From assembly GCF_006345805.1 (NCBI RefSeq), contig NC_043017.1, forward strand, positions 21,824,001 through 21,888,000: a stretch of DNA of 64,000 bases. The letters run 5' to 3'. Made by a program: the position numbers and the translations under genes. The notes under the pieces were generated by a model that did no database searches, was not told the origin of the DNA, and saw only the letters and a program-made list of their open reading frames with translations. This document shows, in pieces, positions 24,580 to 36,090 of this stretch. Origin of the DNA: Octopus sinensis (lineage: Eukaryota). The first letter of the stretch is position 1, and each line of letters opens with the position of its first letter.

Positions 24580-24880
24580 GGAGTGGCTGTGTGGTAAGTA
24601 GCTTGCTTACCAGCCACATGGTTGTGGGTTCAGTCCCAGTGCGTGGCACCTTGAGCAAGTGTCTTCTACTATAGCCTCGGGCTGACTTGAAAGAAGCTGG
24701 CAAAAGTGAGTTATATCTGTATTTCAAAGGGTTAGCCTTGTCACATACTGTATCGTGCTGAATCTCCCAGAGAACTATGTTTAGTATACAAGTGTCTATG
24801 GAGCACTCAGCCACTTGTAGGTTAATTTCATGAGCTGGCTGTTCCATTGATTGGACCAACTGGAACGCTCCTCACTTAAG
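24580..24880 (+). mobile_element. SINE family A head joined to a different 3' module
   Basis: aggagtggctgtgtggtaagtagcttgc...gggttcagtcccagtgcgtggcacc. Confidence 0.8.
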
Positions 24881-24944
24881 CCACCAGAGTGCCAGTTTAT
24901 GTTTGGAAAGAAACAGCATTGCTTCTATGGTGATGCCACACATT

Positions 24945-25135
24945 TACGAGGGAATGTTGAAAAGTTGCTGGCTTTAGATAAAAGAAAATGCAGAAGGATC
25001 TGTTACTTATGATTTTGTGCAACATATTCCCCTCTCAGATTCACACATTTATTGCAGCAGCCCTTCAGTTTTTCTAAGCCCTGTAAAAGAACTTGGAAGG
25101 TTTGGCCTTCAACCAGGCTTTCATGATACCCTTAA
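24945..25135 (+). mobile_element. Tc1/mariner-like left-end fragment
   Basis: TA-CGAGGGAATGTTGAAAAGT TIR-like start; homologue at 17990-18178. Confidence 0.55.
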
Positions 25136-25441
25136 AGTCAGTGACAACTTGTGTTGGTGTGTTTATTTCCCCATAAATCTTCTGTTGATAGGATCAACTG
25201 AAATCCACATCATCATTGAGGGTTCCAGCAGTTTGGCAAAAAGAGACCAATAAAATAAGTACTTGGCTGAAAGAATAAGTTCTGGAGTCGATTTGTTTGA
25301 CTAAAAGTCCTTCATGGTGGAGCTCCAGCATGGCCACAGTCAAATGACTGAAACAAGTAAAAGAATAAAAAATACATATATACATATATATGAATGAATA
25401 TGTGAGCAGATAAAGGTTAATTTCAATGCTTTATGCGTGCA

Positions 25442-25507
25442 TGTGTTCACAATGTGTTCACAATGTGTTCACAGCGTGTTCACAATCTGTTCACAATATG
25501 TTCACAA
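25442..25507. repeat. 11-bp minisatellite x6 (tgtgttcacaa)
   Basis: Direct reading. Confidence 0.95.
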
Positions 25508-25919
25508 ACAGCATCTGGTTTACTCTGCTCTCTATCTAAATGTGGATGTGGATGTTTCTGCTTTTACAGGAAACATGTTAGTAAATGTATGATTACTCTG
25601 CCTGCATATTATGGATACATTAAACTTTGGGTGTATATATGTATATGTGTGTGTGTGTGTGTGAGTGTATGTATGTATATAGATAGGTGTGTGCAAGTGA
25701 GTTTATGTGCATACTTATATGTAAAGACATGCAGTTGTTTGCATAAAACGAAATATATACTCACAGATATGAAATTCATCTATCTATGTATCTATCTATC
25801 TATCTATCTAACATACATATATACATATATACATATGTATATATATATATATATATAATATATTAATTATATATATATATATACATACATACATATATAC
25901 AGATATATGAGTATATATG

Positions 25920-25950
<31 letters not shown>

Positions 25951-25987
25951 TTATATACATACATACATATATACAGATATATGAGTA

Positions 25988-26026
<39 letters not shown>

Positions 26027-26051
26027 CTATATATCTATATATGATATATGA

Positions 26052-26085
<34 letters not shown>

Positions 26086-26199
26086 TATCTATATAAAGAT
26101 ATGAATATATATATATATGCAATATAAATATATATATATATAGATATTATGCATATATTAATGTATATATAATATATATGAATATATATATATATATGC

Positions 26200-26253
<54 letters not shown>

Positions 26254-26897
26254 TATATATTATATATATACATATATATATACATACATACACACCCACA
26301 CACACACACACACACACACATATATACACACACATATATATACATATATACATATACATGCATACATACTCATAGAAATGCACATGTATACGTATATATA
26401 TGCATACATACATGCATACACATACATACACACATATACATGCAAAAATGTTCTGTTGCACATGCTGTTACACACTGTTAATTAGATATGTTTGAAGCTA
26501 TAAATATAGATAATTTGCTAATACGATTATATGATTACCTACAGAGAAAACAGAATAGCAAACATTTTTTATTACTTTTAATCAGCACATTTTAAATAGA
26601 ATTACATTATTGATAAAGACCTCCCCAAAATCATGTTGTTTTCTTTTTCTTTCTTTTGTCTTGTATTATTTTTATTTATTCTTTTTGTATGTATTTCCTA
26701 TTATTTTATCTCGGTTAACTGGATGTACCAATAACCATTTCATACTCGGATCTTTCTGTTTCTGTGATCACGTTCTGGCTAATTATTTAACGAAGATAAT
26801 TTTTCATCTGCACATTGTGATTCTAATGTTTGACCACGTGTGATTATTTTTCCCTAGATTTAAAAAAAAAAAATTTATGGTGTTTATTTTTTTAAAG

Positions 26898-27018
26898 AGA
26901 TATGAAACGCTTAGAGGAAAAATTACAAGGAGAGGAAAGTGGAATCATAAAGCATGAATTGGCAGAGAGAAAAATTCTAACTCTCAGTTTGGTTGAGGCT
27001 TTTTTCACAACATATGAT
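26898..27018 (+). CDS. Candidate 121-nt exon DMKRLEEKLQGEESGIIKHELAERKILTLSLVEAFFTTYD
   Basis: tttttttaaag acceptor, gat|gtaagg donor, natural-looking composition; abuts a repeat and protein not recognised. Confidence 0.3.
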
Positions 27019-27035
27019 GTAAGGACGAATTCAAC

Positions 27036-27071
27036 CTTTCTGTCGAAGAGTGTAGGCTCGAAATGTAAAAG
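27036..27071 (+). ncRNA. Minimal hammerhead-like motif (second copy)
   Basis: CTTT-CTGTCGA-A-GAG-tgtagg-CTC-GAAAT-GTA-AAAG; CpG decay in stem III. Confidence 0.45.
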
Positions 27072-27112
27072 ACTTTCTCACTTTCCGAGCATTAAACTAA
27101 TACATCTGTTTG

Positions 27113-27372
27113 TTAAGTTAAGTTAAGTTAAGTTAAGTTATTTTTTGGCTCAAAAAGCAAAAAGCAAGGCCATGTAGGGGGACATGGAGTTATGTACAGG
27201 GTGGTGTTCATGCAAAGATTTCAGGCCATTTCTGGTCAAGGGAGACTTTGAACCAAGCGGTCGTCGGCATCTTCACTATCTCGTCTGGCAGCTTATTCCA
27301 CAGATCCGCAACGCGGATGGAGAGAGCCCCTCTCCTTCAATTGAGATGAAATCGTAGCAGATAGAGCTTTAC
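27113..27372 (-). mobile_element. 5'-truncated CR1/L2-type LINE 3' end with (AACTT)n tail
   Basis: Minus RFHLN*RRGALSIRVADLWNKLPDEIVKMPTTAWFKVSLDQKWPEIFA*, matching the RV..LWN.LP..V...FK..LD motif of CR1/L2 ORF2. Confidence 0.85.
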
Positions 27373-27816
27373 ACACCCGTCGTCATCTTTTGTTTTTTGT
27401 AAATTCTCACTACATACATACATACATACTCACATGCTTATATGCATAGGTAGAACATAAAACTTTTTCTCGAGTTTGACATGTGACACTGATTCTGTTA
27501 TCTATGTTCCAATGATGGAACCTTTGTTAGAAATCAGCTCCTTCGTTACAGGAAGAATTCAAATAATTAAAAACAAAAGAGACATACATATGCACACACC
27601 TGTTATGATGCACATATATGGAAGCACACACACACACACATATATATATGCACACATAAATCCAGGCAGACGAAATAGACAATAGCTGTCAAAAGGATAG
27701 ATGAACACAGAGCAGGGTCAGTAATAACTAGCTAGCAACAGTGATTTGAAAGCTTCAGGTTCATGTCCAGCTCAACTACAAAGCACGTACCACACAAGCA
27801 CAGACACATGTGTGTC

Positions 27817-27840
<24 letters not shown>

Positions 27841-27858
<18 letters not shown>

Positions 27859-28068
27859 AAGGGGAAAGAGAGAGAGAAAGAGAGAGAGAAAGAAAGAGAG
27901 AGAGAGATATGTGCATGTATATATCTGAATATATGCATATATATGTGTGTGCTTATATATATTTATGTATACATACATACATATAAATATATATATATAC
28001 ACACACACATTTATATATACACATATATGTGCATATATTCAGATATATACATGCTCATATATGTCTCC

Positions 28069-28108
<40 letters not shown>

Positions 28109-28205
28109 GTGCACATTTATATATTATATATACACATATATGTGCATGTATATATCTGAATATATGCATATATATGTGTGTGCTTATGTATATATATTTA
28201 TGTAT
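27841..28205. repeat. Forward-inverted-forward triplication of an approximately 60-bp unit within microsatellite
   Basis: gcatgtatatatctgaatatatgca at about 27913 and 28144, reverse complement at about 28030. Confidence 0.8.
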
Positions 28206-28498
28206 ATATTCATACATACATACATACATACATACATACATACATACATACATACACACACACATATATATGTATATATATATTCATACACACTCACACA
28301 CGTGCACGCACAAACATATATATTCAAAGATCAAGGAAACTAGATATCACAAGAGAAGTGTATACAAGTTAAATAGAACAGTAGAGCATCTGGTTTATTC
28401 TACAGAAATCTATAAATTAAACTAAATGTACGTGTGTGTATGGGTGTATGTGTGTGTGTTTATGCATATGTTTGTATGTATTTATGCGTGTGTACGTG

Positions 28499-28528
<30 letters not shown>

Positions 28529-28533
<5 letters not shown>

Positions 28534-28686
28534 ACAATTTAGGAATTTAGGAATGGCCTGTTTAGGCCATTCCTAAATTGTTATATTTATACATATTTAG
28601 TCTCTGACTATTTTCTCTTTTCCATTAGGCCGCTGGTAGCGATAAATTTTTACTGAATTTTTTGCTACCCTAAATTGATTAATTGA
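28529..28686 (+). mobile_element. Small fold-back (hairpin 28529-28586) plus tail ending at (TA)n
   Basis: atataacaatttaggaat..ggcct-gttt-aggccattcctaaattgttatat; tail resembles the 16355-16420 tail. Confidence 0.45.
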
Positions 28687-29574
28687 TATATATATATATA
28701 TATATCGCTATCTATTTCTCTCTCTCCGTAATATATATATATATATATATATATGCATGTATGTATGTATACATGTGTATTTATTACACTTTTTATGTGG
28801 TGACAAAATGAAGTTAAACAATCCTGATTTTTATACAGTGGATCTTAGAAATAATGTCACCATTAACTGTGAAAAAAAAACAGTTAATTTTCAACCACAG
28901 TAACTCATAAAGTAGACTCTTATGACAGTTCACAGGCGCTAAAAGTACAAAAAAATGAAGAAGAATCTCATTTATTTAATAAATGGCTACTGTTATTTTT
29001 AAGTAGAATTTCTGGATAAAAGAACATTTATGAGACATGATGTGTCTCGTTATAGTCAGAAAATAATTTAAAGGAACAAATATAAAAAAAAAACTATAAA
29101 ATAAAATAAAATAAAAGATTATACTTCACTTCAAAACAAGATTGATGCATGTATACATAAATAAATACATACATACATATATTATATATATATATACATA
29201 CATGCACATATAATATATATATGTATGTATGTGTGTTTATATACATACACATGTTTGTATTAAATATTTCAGAGTGAAATCTAATTAGCTAACTAAAACA
29301 TAGAAATAGTAAATTCGTTGTATGTATTAAAATATATGTAGTCAGACATTAAAGAGTACAGGTGTGTTGGTTATGTAAATATGTTAAGGCATGTATAAAT
29401 ATATATGTGTGGGTGTATGTGTGTCAGTATGTGAATATATATATATGTGTGTATATATATGTGTATATACACACACAGAAATGTGTATGCGTTCTAGTTG
29501 TTGTTTATCAATGGAATATGAAATACAGAATAATGGGAAGATACATCATAGTGTAATCCCCCACCACACACACA

Positions 29575-29735
29575 TAGGTGTGGCTATGTAGTAAACAGCT
29601 TACTTCCCAACTACATGGTTCTGGCGGTCTGGGTTCAGTCCCACCCTGGGCAAGTGTCTTCCTTCCACTATTGGACTAACTAAAGGCTTCTAAGTAGATT
29701 TGGTAATCAGACACTGAAAGAAACCTGTCTGTTAT
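29575..29735 (+). mobile_element. SINE family A 5' half
   Basis: gtgtggctatgtagtaaac..gggttcagtccc..gggcaagtgtc. Confidence 0.7.
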
Positions 29736-29738
29736 ATA

Positions 29739-29771
<33 letters not shown>

Positions 29772-29774
<3 letters not shown>

Positions 29775-30383
29775 GGTGAGTTTGCAGAGGGGAAACGCTA
29801 TTGGCATAAACCTAAAAAAAAGGTTTAAGAATGGCATAAGGACTACTATGAAGTCACTTGGAATGGATCCAGAGGACATAGAAACCCTTGCTTCGGATTG
29901 AGCTGGATGGTGAACGAAAGTGTGGAGTGGAGTGAAAGCGTTTGAAGAGGCCAAGATAACACATGCAAGACTCAAAAGAGATATAAGGAAGAATGTTACG
30001 ATTGAGAAGGTGAATCACAATGACCTTTTTGTGTGTACAGTTTGTGACAGATCATGCCTTTCTTTTGCAGGGCTCAAATCTCATTTGCGAACCCATAGAA
30101 AACGAACCTCCACCAACTATTCTGCCTATATGTCTGTGCACAGCCTTGAATGCAGTGTATGCCAGAAGGTTTGCAAATCTAATGGAGGCCTCAAAAGACA
30201 TTTTAAGATCCACAAAGATGAGTACTTATCTGCAGCTCTTGCTGGTCTAAATCAGATGTGCAATCTATGTGGGTGACTTTTCAGAATATTGATTGGATTA
30301 AAAAGCCACATCAGATGCCATGATAGATCTAAAGTGTAGGTACAGGAATGGTCAAACCCTGCATAAGGAGTAGACAATCACCG

Positions 30384-30385
<2 letters not shown>
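29772..30385 (+). mobile_element. 5'-truncated RTE LINE with three C-terminal C2H2 zinc fingers (pseudogenised)
   Basis: YGEFAEGKR..KPKKRFK..TMKSLGMDPEDIETLASD*AGW*TKVWSGVKAFEE, then three C-x2-C-x12-H-x3-H; one +1 frameshift in an A-run and three TGA stops at probable CGA codons. Confidence 0.85.
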
Positions 30386-30472
<87 letters not shown>

Positions 30473-30809
30473 GTGTGTCTCTGTGTTTGTGTTTTCCCCC
30501 ATCACTGCATGACAACTGGTGTTGGTGTGTTTACATCCCTGTAACTAAGCAGTTTGGCAAAAGAGACTGATAGAATAATTATGGAGGTGGAGTGCTAAGC
30601 AGTGATAAGAAGTTCGCTTTCTATGTTTTTGTTTTTATGTTTTCATTTCCCATGGTGTACAACGTGTTTTTGATGCCCTCTACCCATATATGCATATATA
30701 TATACATATTTATGGAGGTATGTACATATATGTATATATATATGCATATATTTTTATATTATTTATATTACTATATGATTGAACACCAAGCATCCTTTTC
30801 CAAGTAAGT

Positions 30810-30841
<32 letters not shown>

Positions 30842-30848
30842 TTATATA

Positions 30849-31038
30849 TATGTTGGTGCATAATTATTGCGGCTTTTTTTCTATAATTTTATTCAAAAAG
30901 TTTTAACAAAACGCCAAGCAGAAATTGAAGTAGATGGTGAATATGCTCTAAAATAATCATTTAGAGATGTTTTTGTTAAATGCTATTGTTTTAGTTGAAT
31001 AAAATTTATTGAAAAATCCTCAATTGTTATACACAAGC

Positions 31039-31044
<6 letters not shown>
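30849..31044. mobile_element. Mariner-derived MITE
   Basis: (ta)tgttggtgcataattattgcgg left end and cctcaattgttatacacaagcctaata right end resemble TTAGGTTGGTGCA-type mariner TIRs; inserted in (TA)n. Confidence 0.7.
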
Positions 31045-31090
<46 letters not shown>

Positions 31091-31844
31091 TACTTACATA
31101 TGTATCAATATGTATATATATATTTATTATATATATGTATGTATATGTATGTGTTTGTGCCTTTTTGTCCTGATTATGTGATTATTGTAAATGAAATCAC
31201 TGTCATACAAAGCAGTGCAATTCTCATCCACTTTCCAATATTCTGTGAAAAATATATCTGACCACAGGAAAAGATTGTCTTGCTTGGAATCAGATGAAGA
31301 TTGACAAACAATAAATTCCATCCATAACACCACGGGTGGGGGGAAGTGGCCCTTAAGATGACAATGATGACATAGATGTCTTTTATCTTTTACCTTTCGG
31401 TCATTTTTGACATTCAGCTGTGGCCATGCTGGGGCACTGCTTTGAAGGGCTTTTAGTCGAAAGAATTGGCTCTAGTATCTTTCTTTAAAGTCTGGTATTT
31501 TAAATTTTTTTTTTGTTTTTTACCAAATAATCCCCACGGGAAAAGCAGGTGGTTATCGAAACAGCAAGGGAGAGCGGTGAAGATTTTCCAGAATTAGGGC
31601 TGATCGAAAACAAGCATGAAGAGAGGGAATTTCATCAGGAAGCAACCACCTTACCACACTTCTTTCCTCCTGGGTAAACTTTTCCTTTCATTCTTTAGGG
31701 GTTGGTAAAACAAGGTACCAGTCAAGTACTGGGGGGTCTATGTAATTGGCTAATTTTCCCCTTCTCCCGAAACCTTCTCATCTTGAATTAAAATTAGGAA
31801 GATTTGTTGCTAAAACCTGTCTAGGATTGGTCTGAAGAAGAAGA

Positions 31845-32050
31845 GGAAGAGGAGGAGGGATAAGAGGAAGAGGAGGAAGAAAATGAGAAGGAAGAGGCAG
31901 AGGAAGAAGAGGAGGGAGAGGAGAGGAAGAAGAAAAGAGGAAGAAGACAAAAAAGAAGAAAAAGAAGTAGAAGAACTAGGTGAAGTAGCCGCAGCATCAG
32001 TAATGGTGGTAGCAGCATCAGTAGTAGTAGTATAGTAGTAGTAATAGTGA
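31845..32050. repeat. Purine-rich (GAA/GAG)n and (GTA)n tract
   Basis: Direct reading. Confidence 0.85.
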
Positions 32051-32477
32051 ATAAATGAATGAATGAGAAAGAAGTAAGCTAGAAGAGGTAAGACACTCCC
32101 TCCCTCTCTCCACCCTCCACATGCAGCAGATGATTTATTGTAAGCAATCTGGCTGGGCAGTTTGGCAGGTGGGGTGAGCACTCAAAGGCGTGGTGGGGTG
32201 CAACCTCCCTGACCCTATCAGTTGTTCAGTGTGCAGAAGAACGAGGGAAGAGGGCAAGGCAGGAGGGGTTTAGAGATTTCATGAAGATGACTAAATTTCA
32301 ATGGATTGAGGGAATAAAGATGTCACAGCAACAAAACACTTATATTAAACTCTTCATATCTCTGCCTCTCAACCATACATCTCCTCTCTCTCCTTCCCTC
32401 TCTCTACACACATACAATGTGTGTATATAATATATATATATATATATATATACATTAAACAGTGTTGATGATGAGGA

Positions 32478-32509
<32 letters not shown>

Positions 32510-32854
32510 AGATAGATAGATAGATAGATACATTTATAAATATATAGATATGTGTGTGTATGTATGTATGTATGTATATAATATATATATATATATATAT
32601 ACCCCAGCATGGCCACAGCCTATGGGCTGGAAAACACATACAAGAATACATGCATATGTGTGTGTGTGTCCATGTGTGTGCATGTATTACATGCATAATA
32701 TGTGTATATTTATGTGTTTATATCACATATATATATATGTTTGTGCATGTGTGTGTGAATATATATGTATATGTATGTATATAAATATGTGTGTGTGTAT
32801 GCACATACATATATATGTGTGTGTGTGTTTATAAATATGTGTGTGTATGCACAG

Positions 32855-32885
<31 letters not shown>

Positions 32886-33507
32886 CATGTATGTATGTAT
32901 GTATGTATCTCTGTTCATCATTGTAGCATCCAACATCTTGACATCCAAACACCCAAAGCATAAATGAAGTTCTTCTCTTCAATTCCAAAGGCTGCTGTTA
33001 AACAAATTCCTGTGCCCACATATTCTAATGGTTTTTGCAACAGAATCTTTTGAAATCTGGTTCCAGTTCAAATCTCCAAAACCTGAAGAATAAATCTTTA
33101 AATCACACACTAACTTCACATGCGTGCATCTGCGCAAATACATCTATGTGTGTGTTTAAGTGTGTGTATGTGCATTTGTGTGTGTGTGTGTGTGTGTGTG
33201 TGTATGCTTATATGTGTGTCGGTATCTCTGTGTATTCAGATGTGTATGTACTTATGAGTCTATTTCTATGTATATGTGCCATAGAATGGCAATAATGGTA
33301 GGGCATAGTATAAGAACCAAATTCCTGACAGGCTGAAGATATATCAGCATATGTCTGCAGAATAATTGACATTTTCTATTTTCATTTTTGCCTTTTTTTA
33401 GTTGCTTTTTTTTTCTTTTTTTTCTACAACAATCAATACCAAACACCTCTCCTCACCCCCACATCACATCATATCAATGTGTGTGTATATAGATATATAT
33501 ATGAATG

Positions 33508-33565
<58 letters not shown>

Positions 33566-33628
33566 GTGTATATATATATATGTGTGTGTATATATATATT
33601 TATATATATGCATATATATATACATGTG

Positions 33629-33673
<45 letters not shown>

Positions 33674-33775
33674 ATATATGTATGTCTGTGCATCTATATG
33701 TTAATGAATGTATGCATGTATATATGTGCATGTGTGTATGTAAATATACATATGTATTTTGTATACATACATATG

Positions 33776-33848
<73 letters not shown>

Positions 33849-34454
33849 TTTATTCTTTTATTAAATTTATATTTACTTCAGTACAATGTAATATCAAATA
33901 TATCACAATCCACCCACACACACACATACACCTATGCTTTGTACCTAAAACTCAGCAATATATTATATTTTACCCTTGAGTACAAAATGCAAAATGCTAT
34001 CCCCGCCCCATGTAATTTTATCTCTTATGTTTTGTATTTAATTTCTAATCTTAGATATGAATACATACAACAAATATGTAATTTATTTAATAAAATATAC
34101 TACATTAACACCACCAGCACCACCACCACCTCTACTCCATGACAAAACATTTATATTCTTGACTATTTGTTTTTTTTTATTTTCTATTCGTTTCAGATGT
34201 TAGATAGCAGCCATGCTGGAGCAACACCTTGAAGTATTTCATCAAACTGGTTGACCTCTGTTCTTATCTTTTTTGTCTGGTGCAATTTCTGTTAGTCTCT
34301 TTATTTGTGTAATAGGGACATAAACAAACTAACAGCGCTTATCGTGTAATGGAGGTCAAATGCAAACACATGCACACTCACATGATGGACTCTCCAGTCG
34401 AAGGTGCTGTATGAGAGTTCAGCTTTTGCCAAATGACCGGCACAAACGATCAGT

Positions 34455-34670
34455 TTCATTTCTACTCTAGGCACAAAGCCCGAAATTTTTGGGGAGGGGT
34501 CCAATCGATTAGATAGACCCTAGTACGCAACTAGTACCCAATTTATCGACCCTGAAAGGCTGAAAGGCAAAGTCGACCTCAGCGGAATTTGAACTCAGAA
34601 CATAAAGATAAATGAAATACCGCTAGACATTTCACCTGGTGTGCTAACGTTTCTGCCAGCTCACAGCCTT
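34455..34670 (-). mobile_element. SINE family B, near full length
   Basis: taggcacaaagcccgaaatt...ttctgccagctcacagcct. Confidence 0.85.
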
Positions 34671-35064
34671 ACAAATGATTTGTTTCTAATGATCAAATGT
34701 ATGTGCTGTGCATTGTACATTAGCTAACTCTCTTCATCAAGTTGACATTACCTGAACAGGTGCACAATGTACCACACATCAGGTGTTGAAGTGTTCATGG
34801 AACAACATGAGATGAAGTGTTTTGCTCAAAAATCCAATGCACCACCCGATCTAAGAATTGAAACCATGATCTCACAACACCCTAAGGGGCAACACCCTAA
34901 CCACTAGACCATGCATTCTCATTCACATATCACATAGGGATATGTGTAATATTATTGTTATTGTAAGGCAGCAAGCTGGCAGAAACATTAGCACACCAGG
35001 TGAAATGCTTAGCAGTATTTCATCTGCCTTTACGGAGTTCAGTTTAATGATGATATATATATAT

Positions 35065-35438
35065 CCGCTCAGTTGAAGTCGACTCTCGGTTACTTGTTGG
35101 ATCAGTGTCCTCCAGTCAGTTCTATCCTGGGCCGCTTCCTTCAGATTGGCTATGTCCATTCCGGTATCACTCTTGATGCTGTCAAGCTAGCGGGTTCTTG
35201 GTCGGCCTCTTCATCTCTTGCCACTAACCATTCCGAGCATGATGTCCTTCTCCAGGGATTTTCTCCGCATAATATGACCAAAATATGCTAATCTATGCTT
35301 GGTGATCCTAGCTTCTAGTGACATTTTCGGCCTGATCTGCCTAAGAAATTCTCCATTGGTGAGCTTTGCTGTCCATGGAATCCGTAAAAATCTTCTCCAA
35401 CACCAAAGGTCGAATGCATTAATTCTTTTCTGGTCAGC
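35065..35438 (-). mobile_element. BovB-like RTE LINE 3' fragment
   Basis: Minus RINAFDLWCWRRFLRIPWTAK..YFGHIMRRKSLEKDIMLGMVSGKR*RGRPRTR*LDSI..AQDRTDWR..VTESRLQLS; motif order as in RTE-BovB ORF2. Confidence 0.85.
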
Positions 35439-35949
35439 TATATATATATATATATATCATCATTAAATTTCTTGATAAGGACAAATAAACAGTTTATCCA
35501 GTTCCATATCTCCTTCCACTGTAGCTGAGGTTTGCAGCCAAGTTAAGGAAGGAAGGAAGAAGAAGTCAGAATCTAGTATTATTTATTCGAGGGAAATCTA
35601 TATCAGGAACTTCCAATATTAGAGCTGCTAAATAAAACAGCAAAGCCATGACATTAATAGATTTATTTCTGAATGTTTTTGACATCAACTCATTTAAAAC
35701 CATTTATATGACTATGTTACAACCAGCCATCTGTCTGTTTTAAAGTATTCAAAGTTAAATTTCTCTCTTCTATCACAACTTAAGCCATTAATTAATACAT
35801 AAAGTTTAATTGTTATCCAGCAATTAATAACAATTAAATAACATGAAAACTAATCAGTATGGATGGAAGAGTCATAAAGGGATAATTAAACAATAGTTTA
35901 GTTTCTTGTAAACTTAATAATATACGAACAGTAATTTCATTCGAAAGTG

Positions 35950-36090
35950 GAGGCACATGGCTTAGTGGTTAGGGTGTTGGACATCTGATTGTAAGATCAT
36001 GGTTTCGATCCCTAGGCCAAGCAATGCATTGTGTTCTTGAGCTAAACACTTCTTTTCACGTTGCTCCAGTCCACTGAAATGGCTAAAAGG
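35950..36090 (+). mobile_element. tRNA-derived SINE head
   Basis: gaggcacaTGGCTTAGTGGttagg...GGTTTCGATCCC, then ttgtgttcttgagc..gttgctccagtccac. Confidence 0.7.

Larger units (their letters stand above)
27030..27410 (+). mobile_element. Second copy of the minimal-hammerhead repeat, split by a LINE insertion
   Basis: Matches 7785-7910 on both sides of 27113-27372. Confidence 0.65.

Noticed and set aside
31500-31800. GC-richer unique-looking stretch
   Set aside because: Appears to be a garbled SINE family B copy (aaggtaccagtcaagtactggggg..tgtaattggcta) with homopolymer noise, suggesting old decay or low consensus quality
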